A stretch of DNA of 64,000 nucleotides from Paramoeba atlantica (GCA_977017575.1 CDRNVI010000143.1:372001-436000), one strand, 5' to 3'; shown: positions 16,050-27,759, counted from the stretch's first letter. The notes: generated by a model not told the origin, from the sequence alone. Program-made: numbers and translations.

Positions 16050-17729
16050 CTTTTTTTTTTTTTTTACCTTCAATTTTGTGGAACCACTCCACCACACACA
16101 CACCACACCATGTGTATGGAGGTGGTGGGGCAGAAATTGGTCTTATTTTTTGAGGTCATTGTTTGTTCTTTTGTTTTCTCCATCAAAATGGTGTATCTGT
16201 TTGTGGGTCCAGAAAACCAAGAAAAATTTGAAACTTTTTTCAAAAACAATTTTGAAAGTGTCAATCACACTATCATCTTTTTTTGAAGGTTGATGGTGAG
16301 GGTGGTCCTCTTTCATCACCAATGTACCACCATTTTAGAAAGAATGGTATGGTTCTCAAAGATTTATTCTTTCAGTTTCTTTCATTCACAACATCACAGC
16401 CTTTTTTACCTGTTTCTTTGGACAATTTTGCAAGAGCTAAACTACAAAAAGCATTTTTCGATTGTCGAAAAAGCATTTTTCGATTGTCGCAATTTCCAAC
16501 TTCAACCCCCCCCCCCCTCATAATTTGGTGCCTGGTTTCTCTCTCTCTTCCAGACACCCAAGCAAATGGTAGTGTTGACTTATGTTTCTGGACAATCACA
16601 CCTTCCAACAATTTAATAGAGTAAGACCTTTAACTTCTCGAACAGATCTTTCGACTGCACCCAAGAAGCCACCCACACTTTCTTTGGCCAAACCTTTGCA
16701 AATGCATTGACACCTTGCAGTGTTTTTGGACAAAGGGTCATTGAAAAGAAACAAGGAACAACCGCTGACAGATTGCATGCAGGTGGGGTTGCTGAGGATT
16801 AAACAGGGCTTTTCCAAGCAGAACATCCATTGGATGAAGTTTGTCCTTGGCTGGTTTCCTGGGTCTGTTTCTGCCCCCCTCTGGTGGACACTCCATGTTT
16901 TGTCAGTTTGAAGTGAAGCCAGGGCCAAAGTAATATAAGACTTTTATAATATTTGTGCTCCCTCCCTGAGCCAGTTTCCTTTTCCGGCCAAAGTGTCATT
17001 CTTTCTTTTCATCCTTTTTTCTGTTTGTCCCTCTACCACTGTCAATTTTCGGTCTTCCACAGTGAAGCCAGGGCCGAATTATATCAAGGGCTTATATGTG
17101 TATTGCGCTCTGCTGAGGGCATCTGGAATTACTAGTTTGTCTTTCCTGGTTTATGGAGAACTTGTCTCTCTCACCATTTGAGAGATGTTATAATTAACCA
17201 ATTGTTTATCATGCCACTTCTTGATTTCTTCATCGAATTGCTCAAGTCCTTCAAGCTGTGGTGGTTGGTGAATGCAACCACATCACATCCTTTGAATGAA
17301 CTCTTTGAACTTTTCCATCACCCAGTGCAACCCATAACACTCTCTTTTTCTGAGTTAGTGTGTATCCAGTGTGTGAGTTGTTGGAGATCTTTTTCAACCC
17401 CAAAAAAAGAAACACTTTTTCAACGCTGGCGTCGAAAAAAAAGCGAACAAAAAATCTAGGAGTTTTCATTTGAGAAGAGTTGGAGAAGAGTTTACGCGCA
17501 GAAAAGGAACGATTTTTGGCTCAGGGTAGTTCTTTTCTCTGGAAACCACAGGCCTGAAAATTTCTAGGAGAGGTTGGAAGCGCTTTAGATCCACGAGGTG
17601 GACTGAAGTTGTGGAAAACTCATCCTAAAAAGTAAGGAGGATGGAAAGAAAGAGAAAAAAATAAAGGCGGTGACTCAGATAAAAAAAATAATTTATTTTC
17701 GCAAAAAAAGTCTATTTGTTGAGAGCTCT

Positions 17730-20601
17730 CTCCTCTTTCACAACAACAACTGGGGCGACTGGGAGTTTCCAGTTTTCAACCATCCCCCTTGCTGGCCTTC
17801 CATCTTGGTTTCAAAGAAAATAGCCACCAGAAATAGATAACAGTTTTTTTTCCTTGTGAAAATTTGATTTTCACAGGGCCAGTCACTGTCATGGTGGACC
17901 CATCTTGAAAAATTTTCTGAGAGGCAATGACCCCCAACTTCTTTCGTATTTGTGAAGGGAGATCAAGTTGTCCCCAAAATTCTTTCTTCCCAGTTTTCCG
18001 ATTCATTTTGGTTTTGGTAACATTATCATCTACCAAAAAGAAAAAGAGGGCCTCAGGGAAATGTTGAATGAAAACCCGGCGAGAGAACCAATTTTTTGGA
18101 GCTTTTCCCCTCCACTAAAAGAATTTTTGTGTGTGTGAGTGAAAAGAATCTTTTGAAAAAAAAAACTCATGAGAGTGGTTTTTACCAATTTTTCAAGGGT
18201 CTTTGGGATTCTTTGCGCCAGAACACAAGGAACCATTTGTTCATTCGTTCGTTCATCATCATCTCGTGTTCGTTTCCACCTGCTGTTTTTTTCACTCTTT
18301 TTTTTCTGTTTGAAGCGTTTTGCTCTTTCCTAATCAAACAGAGACATTCTTCGGTCTCCCAAGTATCTTCGCTCATTAATTTGTTTTCCATTTCAAGAAG
18401 TTGAAAAATAACACCTCCTCCTCTCCCACACCATCTTGATCCCACCCAAAAATTTTGAGTGAAAAAGAACCCAATTATCATCCTTTTTGGCAATTGAGTT
18501 CATATCTTTTTGCCTTTTCGCGTTTTTTTTGGGGGTCTTTTTTGCCTATCCACTTTGCCACATCACTTCCACAGTCGTGTTTCAGAGCCAAAAAATGCGG
18601 GGGTTGACTTCTGGCTGTGTTCTCTCCCAAGAAATTTTTTTGACCCAAAGTGGTCAATATTGCTCCGTATCCTTTCTTTGAGGCATGGACATGAATGGAA
18701 AAGGTTTTCCTCTGAAATCAAGATGTACCAACACGAGGTATCTCTTTGATTCTTTTCTTCATTCCCTGAAATTCTTTGTCTGTCTGCCTCCTCCGTCCAT
18801 TTTCAGAATTTCTTTTCTTTCAGGAGTTGTCTCATATTAAATGTTCTTTTGTGAGCATTTGTGTAAGAATCTCCGGCACCAGCACTTACAATCCCGAGAA
18901 ATGTCTGTAATTCCTTATGGTGTTGGCTGGTGTTGTGTAATTTCCAATAGCCTCCCCCTTTGACGTTGTTCGCTTCAATACACCTTCTTTGGATGCAGTG
19001 TATCCCAAAAGCATGAATTTCGGTTTGCACAAAATGGGACTTTGGAAATATTGATTCTCACTTTGTGTTTTTCTATTCTTGTCAATATTTCTTGCAGAGT
19101 CTTGTAATGTGTTTTGAAGTCTTTCGAGAAGACAACAATCTAATGAAGAGATCTGCCATCTGAATCTTTTCTCCCATTGTGAGTCTCAGGTCATTATGAG
19201 TTTTCTGTTTATTCAGATTAGTGAGAGGATTTTTTTCTCCTTCTTCTTTCTTATTCTTGATACCTTTTAAGATTCCATCAATTTGTTTGATGAGCTCAGC
19301 ATTTCCTGTTGCATCTTCAGCATCAAGGTTTGCAATTACCTCTTGAAGCCTTCCATTCAATGTTGGAAACATCTCTCAGTCTCTTGTAAACCAGGCCTGA
19401 TCGTCCACCATATCATATTTTGGGTTCTCTCTGACCTCGTTGAAGAACATTCTCACTGTTTCTTCCCGCGGTCGCCCATTTTCCGTTGATCTGGATTTGA
19501 GATCTTTCTTCATGATGGGTGAGGATTTCACATTTGTGGCCTCTGTGATTGGAGTTTCCACACACAAGAAGCAGAGTCGAAGGTTGGAATGGACTTTCAG
19601 TTCTCGCTTTCTCTCTTCTATATTCGTCAGTATCTTTGATTCCCATCTTGGAAAGATCCATCTTAGTGACTCCCTTTGGTGTCTCTATTTTAACAGGTGA
19701 GAGAGAGGCGTTCATGACTTCAACAAAGTCAGTCCATGTTTTTCTGCTTTTGTAAATTTGATACTGAGCCTCTGTTTGAGTGTCCACCTCGATTTTGTGC
19801 TCAATCTCTGAGATGAGTTCCCGGTCTGAGACTTGGTATTGTTTCTTTCCTCTCTTTCTTGAGTAGAGTTTGACAAACTTGAGAGCTTTCTTCTTAAAGG
19901 TCAGATCCCCATAGCTGTCATCAATCCGAAATTGATTATACTGACTGATCGGGTTTCTGTACTCTGGAATCCCCGTAAGCCTCTTGAAGATGTGGGATTG
20001 TCTTTTGGAGGTCATCTTGTGGCACTGCTCCAATTGAGCCCCAGAGGAGAGACACTGCAAGGGAGATCCACCTCCCTTTCAGGACGTCTGCCATTGCGAC
20101 TGTCTTCTCCCACAGGTGGTACTGGCTATGCAATCCTGCACCCAGACACAAAAATTGGCGACTTTGGCCTTGGATCCAAAGTCTGTCTTTCCAACTCTGT
20201 AGTTCGAATTTTGTGTCTATTCTCCTTCAAATCATCTTTTACTCTTCCATCCCTTGTGGTTACTGCCTGGCTGATGGGTTGATTCCCATTCTTACTGAGG
20301 GGGGGTTCCTGATGGGCTTTGTTGAGACCGCTGGGAATAGGTCCTTATCTGAATAGTGATCGATGCCAAAAGCCTCCCTTCCATCTCTGAGAGCATCTCT
20401 TTGGCTTCATCCCTGGTGAAGGTGGGTTCCACTTGGGGGTACCATCCTTTCTCCCTCTGGGGGTTCTTCCTGTTCCTCAAGTTCTTCCTGGTGGAACAGT
20501 TCTCTTTCTTGGGGGTTTTCAGGCTCTTGCCTTTCCTCGGGGTGGGCTCAACCTTCTTGATCACTGCCAGCAGAATCACTATCCCCATCAGGGTTTTCTA
20601 C
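17730..20601 (-). mobile_element. Degenerate Ty3/Gypsy retrotransposon (gag, RT C-terminus, RNase H, integrase relics), interrupted by the MULE
   Basis: Frameshifted remnants HFVQTEI..KELQTFLGIVS..MRQLLKEKKF*KWTEEA (RT/connection), FSIHVHASKKGYGAIL (RNase H) and VHHDS..YFWW (integrase H2C2-like), plus gag-like ORFs at 19082-20588. Confidence 0.75.
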
Positions 20602-20713
20602 GGTACAGGCAGCAAAGTTGATAGTTGCTGTTGTTCGAAAGTTGCTTCAACTTTTCATCAACCCTTATCCTTTTAAAACAACACAAAAACAACGCAATTC
20701 TTTTTGTCAGGAA

Positions 20714-20833
20714 GAAAAAACTTTTTTTGAGACTTTGATGACTAGATAATAAGAGTTGTTTTGAAGTTGTTGAAAAAAACTTTTTTTGAGACTTTGATGA
20801 CTAGATAATAAGAGTTGTTTTGGAGTCGTCAAA
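20714..20833. repeat. 59-bp tandem duplication in the MULE left subterminal region
   Basis: Two copies of AAAAAACTTTTTTTGAGACTTTGATGACTAGATAATAAGAGTTG. The ATAATAAGAGTTG core recurs inverted at 25343-25355 near the right TIR. Confidence 0.9.
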
Positions 20834-21168
20834 AAAAAGAAAATTGATTTTTAATTCATTCCAAAATTCTTTTTTTTATTTTTTCCGTTGCTCTCTCTTC
20901 TTCTTTTTTCCCCGCCGCTTCTAATCTCAGGGGGAAGACAATCAGCTTTTCAATTTCTCTCTTTCTTTCATTTTACCTACAAAGAAAATGGATGTGACTC
21001 TTTTTTGTCTGTTGGGAATTTTGACCGTTGGAGTTGGGATCAACAGCTCTTTTTTTCAACACTTTTTCAATTTCCAATTTAATTTTTCAAGAAAAAACAA
21101 AAAGGTTTGTATTTTTGTTTTGGAGTTTTTTTAATTCCAACTCATGAACATATTTTGTAGAGCTATAG

Positions 21169-23822
21169 ATGTCTTCAATTACATCAATCAAGAAAGGAGA
21201 CTATGTTAAAATCTCCAACTGTGAGGATTATGGATATGTTCAGGATGCTGCCTACTTCCAGAATGAATACCACCTCGCTCTTATCTGGGCAGAAACAGGA
21301 AGAAGAGAAGATGTATCATTTGTTGATATTTCTCTTGTTTCTTGTTTTGAACCAGCCCATGATCAAGGTACGCTTTGCCCAGAGTGCAAAATCCCAATGC
21401 AACAAATGGTTTGCTTTTTTTTTCTTTGACAATTTTAAAGTTTTCTTAAACTAAACTTCTTTTGAATAGATCAACAAAACAACAAGTGAAAAATTTTTGG
21501 CATGTCCATCATATCGCTTGCGATCTGCTCGAAAATGTCGATCGAGAACTATTTCGCTTCCAGACTTCGCGAAAACCCACACTTCAATCAAGCTTGGTGT
21601 TGATGATTGTGATGATACTTGGAACTGGGTACGAGGTCGGCGATCAAACTCAACAGAGGTGGCCATACCAAAATGGGCTCAATTATTGATCCCTGAGGAG
21701 TACCATTCTCAAAAGTTTACCGGTCAGTTATTTCATTGCTCGACTGGGCGATCAAGAAGTCGTCATCGGAAAGATGAAGGCAGGTGCCCTTGGAAAAAGT
21801 TCTTGGTATTTGATTCCCAAGCTTTTTTGAAAGGAACTCCTCCCCCCCAAGATGCGATTTGTACAGTTTATCAAGGGTATGATGGAGAGGGAAATCTTTC
21901 TTCAAAACCTGCTGACCATGCTCTCTGGAACCCAGGGGAACATAAAAAACCTCAAGCAGTGTTAGCAATGAGAAAGGATTGGGTTGAACACCTTGAAAAA
22001 TCGCAAAGTATCACCCCAAGTGAGACAATTCTAAGTTTTCAAGAAAAACTAGTTGAGAGTGATCTCTCTCCATCAACAAAAGCGAATCTCATCCAACAAA
22101 GTTCAAAGATGGGAAATACTTTGAAATATCGGAAACAAAAGGTTTTTTTTTCTTTTTTTCTTTTTTTCTTTTTTTCTTTTTTTTTTTCTTTTTTTTTTTT
22201 TCTTTTTTTTTTTGTGAATCAATTTATATGGATTGATTGAATGTTCTTCCAGCAATCGTTTCAAGAATCACGAATTTCTGATGTTGAGAAAATGGTTCTA
22301 TGCCCTCATACAGGGGAGGTCTCATTCAAATTTGGGTTTGAAGATCATCCCTCTGTCTTCATTGAACTTGGTTCGAAGATCCTAATTGCCAATTATGTAA
22401 AACCAGATATGAAAGAATTTTTCATTGATGGTGTTTTTAAATTATCCCCCTCTCTACAACTGATGATTCTTGGTGTTCCCCTGAGAGGTTTGTTATCTTC
22501 CATTTGAAAAGAAAAGTTTAATTCATTTTCATTTTTTTGATAATTCTTTTTCATGTTAGAGGATACAAAAGATAAAATACATGGAACAAATTTTTGTCCT
22601 CTATCTTGTTTATTAACAAATCGAAAAACTGAATTCACCTATCTCCGGTGGTTTGCTGACCTCAAATATATTGGGTTGGAATTGAATGATTGTTCTATTT
22701 TAACTGATATGGAGTTTGGTATTGGAAATGCAGGTTGATTATTTGAATGACAATTATTTTCTTTTTTTACTTTTATCGATTTGTTTTGTTTTAATAGGAA
22801 AAGTAATGTGGGAGGAGTCTGAATGGAAGTTATGTTACTTCCATGTGATCATGAATGCTAAGGACAAGTTAAAAGCCCTTGGGGTTCCGAAAGAAACTTA
22901 TTCTTTTTATCTTGGGGTATTGAAGGAAATGAAAGAACAAGAAGATGAGAAACAAGCAGAAAATGTATGGGAAAATTTTCAAATTGCTGTTACTTGTCCA
23001 AAAGGAAAGCTTTGGTTTGGATTTTGATTTATTTTATTCTTTTTTTTTTCCTTTGAAAAATGAAACAAGTGTGTAAAGTAAAATTTATATTTTATTTTTT
23101 GTTTTTAGGCTTGAGTATATGGAGAAATGGATAATTCCTCGTTTGTCACAATGGATTGGAGGAAAAACGAATAATTTGATTGAGAGGTTCAATCGATACC
23201 TGAAAGAAACTCTTTTTCGGGGTCAAACATACTCCAATGCTGCAACAGTTGTTGACATCCTTAGTCGATATTTTTCAATTTTAGAAACTGTTTTGGTGCC
23301 CCCACCCAAAGAAGAAGAACATACAAATGAGATTGTTTTCGAGGAACAACTTCTTTTTTCAGAAGAAGTGGACAGGAAAGATACAACAAAACACTTGTTG
23401 GAAAAAAATCTCTCAATTTCTCTCGGAAGAAAGGTTTTTTCTTTATTTTTCATTTTTGAATGATTTTTTTTTAAAATAAAATAATAATGTTATTATTCTA
23501 GACTAGTACAATAAATAAAAGGAAAAGGAGGGATTCAAGCAAAAAAAAAGATGTTTTGGAAACAAGAGAATTTCTCAATCCTCCCCATAATGACTTTGAT
23601 TGTTCGATCGAAGCAGTTGTGCCTCCGCCTTCCTCTTCATCATCTTCCTCTTCTTCATCTTCATCTTCATCTGGTTCCCTTGGTTCATCTGATGCTCCTG
23701 ATTCTCCTGATGATTCTCCTCCTCGAAAGAGAAAACGTTCCCCAATGACAATTCCTGTTGAGGGAAGTGAAACTTGGAGTGAGTCAAGAAAGATTCAGTG
23801 GTTCGCTTCACATGAATTCTAA
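21169..23822 (+). CDS. MULE transposase, 7 exons, 727 aa (21169-21408, 21470-22141, 22253-22487, 22560-22733, 22798-23014, 23109-23433, 23502-23822)
   Basis: Six GT-AG introns (61, 111, 72, 64, 94, 68 nt) join the track ORFs in frame with no stop. MULE motifs: FFIDGVFK (D), ILTDMEFG (D), CYFH, LEYMEKW..KTNNLIERFNRYLK (E). N-terminal CPEC..CPSY..C zinc ribbon. Confidence 0.9.
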
Positions 23823-23983
23823 TGAATGAAATGAAATAAAAGTTTTTATTTTTGAGAATTTTTTTTTATCTTTCCTTCTTTTCTGCACAAGTCATTATTC
23901 TCTTTCTATTCTTTTTTTTTCTTCCAAGTTCTCCATTTATTTTGAATCAATTATACAAAAAAAGTTTGAAGAAGAACAAAGAT

Positions 23984-24952
23984 TTATTTTTTAAATAAAA
24001 GTTTTTTATTTTTTATTTTCCTTCTTTCTTTGCTTCTTTTCTGCAGGTGACATTCTCTTTTTTTTTTTTTTGGTGGTTCCTTCACATTCGGGATGGTTCG
24101 ACTTCCAAAATCTTCACGCAACATTGTATCCCACTCCACACCACGCAACTTTAAAAAGGTTCGGTGAAGAACAAAGATTCCAACCATACGATCATCTTCA
24201 TGAGGAAAGAAAGGGTCTTCATCACCCTGATAGTCTCGACTCCCATGCCAAAGTGCATCAGAGTCCAACATCAAAACATCTCCAACTCTAATATTGAACG
24301 CTCTCTTAGATCCTCCAATTTCAAGAGCTCCTCCAGTCGAATTTGGGTTCACATGGACTCCAAAAATAAATGCAACATAATCAAATGAGTCCTTGTGAAA
24401 CAAACTGAATCCAAGAGGGGAGAGAAATAAATGAAACAAGCCAAAATTTGAACATAATTGGTTCTCGCCCTTCAAAAGGTTGTAGATATCCGGTCGTTTC
24501 TCTTTCACCAACAAAGTTGCCTTTTCTCCAAGTCTCTCCAAAACTGGAGTCAATATTGGATATTGTAGCTTATCTTCATATTTCCCTCCAAATCCAGCTG
24601 GATAAGTTGGATCCCCAGGGTTACAATGGCCTTGAGCAGGCCACACTCCCATGATAGTTTCAGGACGATCTCCGCGTTTGTCCTCTTTTCTTTTCCAATA
24701 ATCGCAAGAATGAAGAGTTTCGTGGAGCATCTCCATTTCTTTCACAGAAAAAAACTGTTTTACAAAGTGAGCTCGATTCACTTTTCCATCTCGAGTCTGA
24801 ACCTCAACATACACATTCTTGTTGTGGATATAACAACGATCAGCAGTTTCCCGTTGCAAATCTTCCTCTGACTCGGTAAAGACCACTCGATCTCTTGGTG
24901 TTTTCAATGATCCTCTTTTTCGGTTTGAAACTTCATCCTCTTTGTTACTCAT
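23984..24952 (-). CDS. TET/JBP-like 2OG-Fe(II) dioxygenase, 322 aa
   Basis: HxD triad start FHKDSFD, GGALEI strand, GDVLMLDSDALWHG (distal His) and downstream RMVGIF (2OG-binding Arg). Spacing resembles the Tet_JBP family as I recall it; no HMM search was run. Confidence 0.75.
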   Translation of the reverse strand: MSNKEDEVSNRKRGSLKTPRDRVVFTESEEDLQRETADRCYIHNKNVYVEVQTRDGKVNRAHFVKQFFSVKEMEMLHETLHSCDYWKRKEDKRGDRPETIMGVWPAQGHCNPGDPTYPAGFGGKYEDKLQYPILTPVLERLGEKATLLVKEKRPDIYNLLKGENQLCSNFGLFHLFLSPLGFSLFHKDSFDYVAFIFGVHVNPNSTGGALEIGGSKRAFNIRVGDVLMLDSDALWHGSRDYQGDEDPFFPHEDDRMVGIFVLHRTFLKLRGVEWDTMLREDFGSRTIPNVKEPPKKKKRECHLQKRSKERRKIKNKKLLFKK

Positions 24953-25422
24953 CGTGAAACTTCTGTGTTTCTACAACTTTCCAAAAAGAATGAAAATTTC
25001 AAACAGAAAAAAGAAAGAGACAAAGAAAAGAGAGAAAAGACAAGAAAGAGAGAAGAGAGAGAGAAAGAAGAAAACAGAAAGAAAACTTTTCCAAGAAAAA
25101 TTCACGGGATTTAGTTTTCTATTTTTTTTCACCAAAAAAGAAAAAAAAATTGTCCCCTTTGAAAAGAATAAATTTTATTTTCAGGACCCTAAATTAAATT
25201 GTGCTTCAAAGTGTTTTTTGTGGCTTTGAAAGAGTCCTTTTGAAAACAACTTTTCGCCTGCTCATATCATAAGGTCTGGTCTATTTCATTCATTTTTCTT
25301 GTGGAAGTAGGAATAAATCAAATTGTGCCAGCAACTTTTCAGCAACTCTTATTATGGATAAAGATGACATCATCAAATACTTCTTTTTCTCAACCGCAAC
25401 TATCAACTTTGCTGCCTGTACC

Positions 25423-25750
25423 GTTTTCTACCAAGTAAGTCTCCTTTAACTCATCCCAGAAAAGAGCCATCGATCTACCAGCATTGCCAATGTAAAAACT
25501 GAAAACAAAGTGGTGTGTGAAAAACTGATCTTTAGAAACCAAAAGGGAAAACGACAAAAGAAAAGCGCATCGCGTCGCGTCGCCTTTGTGATGTCATCAA
25601 ACAGTCCCTATCAAGGGTGTTCAGTGAAGTTGGCTGAAAGTTGGGCCGAAAGTTCAAGGGTTAAAAATAGCCTTTATTCACAATCTCTTCACGGTATCCT
25701 CCCAATCAAGTTTTTTTCCCAAATAAATGATTTCTGTTATATGTTGTGAG
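25423..25750 (-). mobile_element. 5' part of the Gypsy relic split by the MULE (gag start, candidate PBS, LTR end)
   Basis: ATG at 25470 reads MALFWDELKETYLVEN and continues in frame across the empty site into PDGDSDSAGSDQEG at 20592. Upstream is ..TTTTTACA-T-TGGCAATGCTGG (LTR end plus PBS-like). The outer boundary is uncertain. Confidence 0.6.
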
Positions 25751-26504
25751 AGAGAAGCTCAACTCAAAAGTCTGGCTGAATGTGGCACCCACCTCTTGGT
25801 AGGGATCTGGCGTTGTTTCTCAAACTGCCTAATTCAATTAGTTGGAAGATGATGAGCAAGTTCCAAGATCCATTTGTTATTGCGCTTGAGGCTTTTTGTG
25901 GAGGATGTTTGGACAAACTGAAGAGGAGATTGACAGATTTGTTCAGGTACCAAAATTTTCGAATGCCTAATTCGAAAATGAGCGAGTTCCGGCAGTATGC
26001 CACTCATTTTCTCGATCTGTATTTGAAGAAGAACAAAATCTCTTTGAAGGAATGCGCGTGATAGAGATGAGAAGTTTGAACAAGGGTCTGTTCGTTTCTT
26101 TCACCAGTTCTCTCAGGTTCTCTCTCTTTGAGCAACCTTACTAGATGTTCCAAAGTCTTGAGATGGGAAGGGTTGAGCTATCAACATTGAGCTGAGCCAG
26201 GAGAGATTTGTCTTCTCATACCATCCAAGTCCTTGTTCATCAGCTGTCTCTCTTCTCAGAGTTGAAGAAAACTATTCTGGAGCTCTTCATAAGAGGGCGC
26301 CTCATCTTTCCCATTTCCATGGACAGGTGAAAGACCATCAAGTAGATATCGGTGAGAATCTTGGTTTTTTCAGTTTTCTGAGATGTCTGTCAGATGAAAG
26401 CGTTCGAAAGCTACAAATGGTGGGTGTCCCTTTTGCTCCAGAGGAGCCCGACAAGTGTTGGGGTGAGTTTTGTTTTTGAAGCTGCAAAGGATTTCCTTAT
26501 TTAC

Positions 26505-26670
26505 ACTGGGAACATTGTATTGAGAGGAGAGGGGGGAGACTCATTCAAGGCAAGATGATTTGATTTTATATAAAAGTATTTTTTTTCCTGTTATTTGCCT
26601 CTTTTCACATCCTACTTTTTTTCAACAACCAGTTTTATTTTGGAGGAGATCATCAAAACACCCCCCCCCC
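26505..26670 (+). repeat. Partial third copy of the ~1-kb dispersed repeat
   Basis: GGAACATTGTATTGA..GGCAAGATGA..GCCTCTTTTCACA..GGAGGAGATCATCAAA matches 15730-15930. Confidence 0.85.
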
Positions 26671-27201
26671 CCCCCAATGAATTGATTTCTTGATTATTCC
26701 AAAATTAGCAGGGGGTGTGGTAGGCCAAAAGAGATGTTTGGATCTTAATTAGCAAAGATACATCACACCATCAGAGGATTTCTTCGTGATCTTTGCGAAG
26801 AAGTTTCAGTCATCAATTTGGTTCTGTTCCATGAACACAAAAACCCACCCACTCCTCATTCACATTGCAAGAGGAAAAAGGACACAAAAAGGGATTGGGG
26901 AAAATCTCCCAACAAAAGATGATGAATTTTTGTTGGCGCATCCTTTGCTTCACCCACTTCTTGATGAAATAAGACATTAATTCACTCAGGTTTTCCTCTT
27001 GAATTTTTCTTGGTTGCCTTCCCCTTGAGACCTTCAGGTTTCCCTAAAGTTCTCCCTCCATTTTCCTCCAACCAATTGAGCAGTGAGGTTCAATAATCCT
27101 TGACACTCCCTTTTTCAACATCCAAATTTCAAAAAAAAAAAGAAAAAGAAAACACAGCACCTTGAAATGAAAGGCGTAAAAAAAATAAATCAAAAAAAAA
27201 A

Positions 27202-27318
27202 TGGTTGAGGTGGGATTCGAACCCACGAACCCGAAGGACCAGAAGACTAAACACTGTATTTTTACAGCCAAGATTTAACTCTTGAGTCTGGCGCGTTTGA
27301 CCGCTTCGCTACCCAACC
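27202..27318 (-). tRNA. trnL: tRNA-Leu(CAA) with 36-nt canonical intron
   Basis: GGTTGGG/CTCAACC-A acceptor and CCAGA-CT-CAA-G[intron]T-TCTGG anticodon arm. The intron contains CTTG, which pairs with the anticodon. Long variable arm and GGTTCGAATCC are present. Confidence 0.93.
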
Positions 27319-27759
27319 AGATATATGACAATTACCCTTCAAGAGCACCTTTCTAAAGAGACCACACACACACACACACACACAGAGAAGACAATAAAAG
27401 ACAGGAGAAGTCCAAAGGGAATGCCACAAAATAATAGTTATGGCGGCACCATAAGACACCATCAGAAGATCCATTGCAGGCATTATGTCATTGAAAACAC
27501 ATCTTTTCTCCCTCAATGGTCTTGTTGCAGACCCAGAGCCGCACTGATCGCACCACCAACCCTTCCAGTTCCTTCTCATCACTTGAAGCAGAGCCATTTC
27601 CATATTGAGTGATGCATAACACATAGCACATGGATTTCATTTCTAATTGCAGCAATGGCACTCAGAGCAGCCACGCCCAAGCCATGAGGACACATCCACA
27701 CTTTCTTTGGCCAAAACCTTTGCAGCGGCATTTTGTTGTGTAAAAAAAGAAAAAAAAAA

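Larger units (their letters stand above)
20602..25422 (+). mobile_element. Complete Mutator-like (MULE) DNA transposon, 4821 bp, carrying a TET/JBP-like dioxygenase
   Basis: Perfect 27-bp TIRs GGTACAGGCAGCAAAGTTGATAGTTGC at 20602-20628 and 25396-25422. 9-bp TSD GTTTTCTAC at 20593-20601 and 25423-25431. Internal MULE transposase and dioxygenase genes. Confidence 0.95.

Noticed and set aside
18490-18750. Repeated in-frame TGA as a sign of an alternative genetic code
   Set aside because: That frame is not the RNase H frame, the region is a frameshifted relic, and intact genes here use TGA as stop (48456-48458).
20594-20601. Alternative 7-bp TSD (TTTTCTA) with TIR starting at C
   Set aside because: The 9-bp TSD GTTTTCTAC with a GG-start TIR explains all bases and fits the MULE transposase.
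25760-26460. Coding-like relic on both strands
   Set aside because: Multiple stops and no recognisable motif; cannot assign a family.
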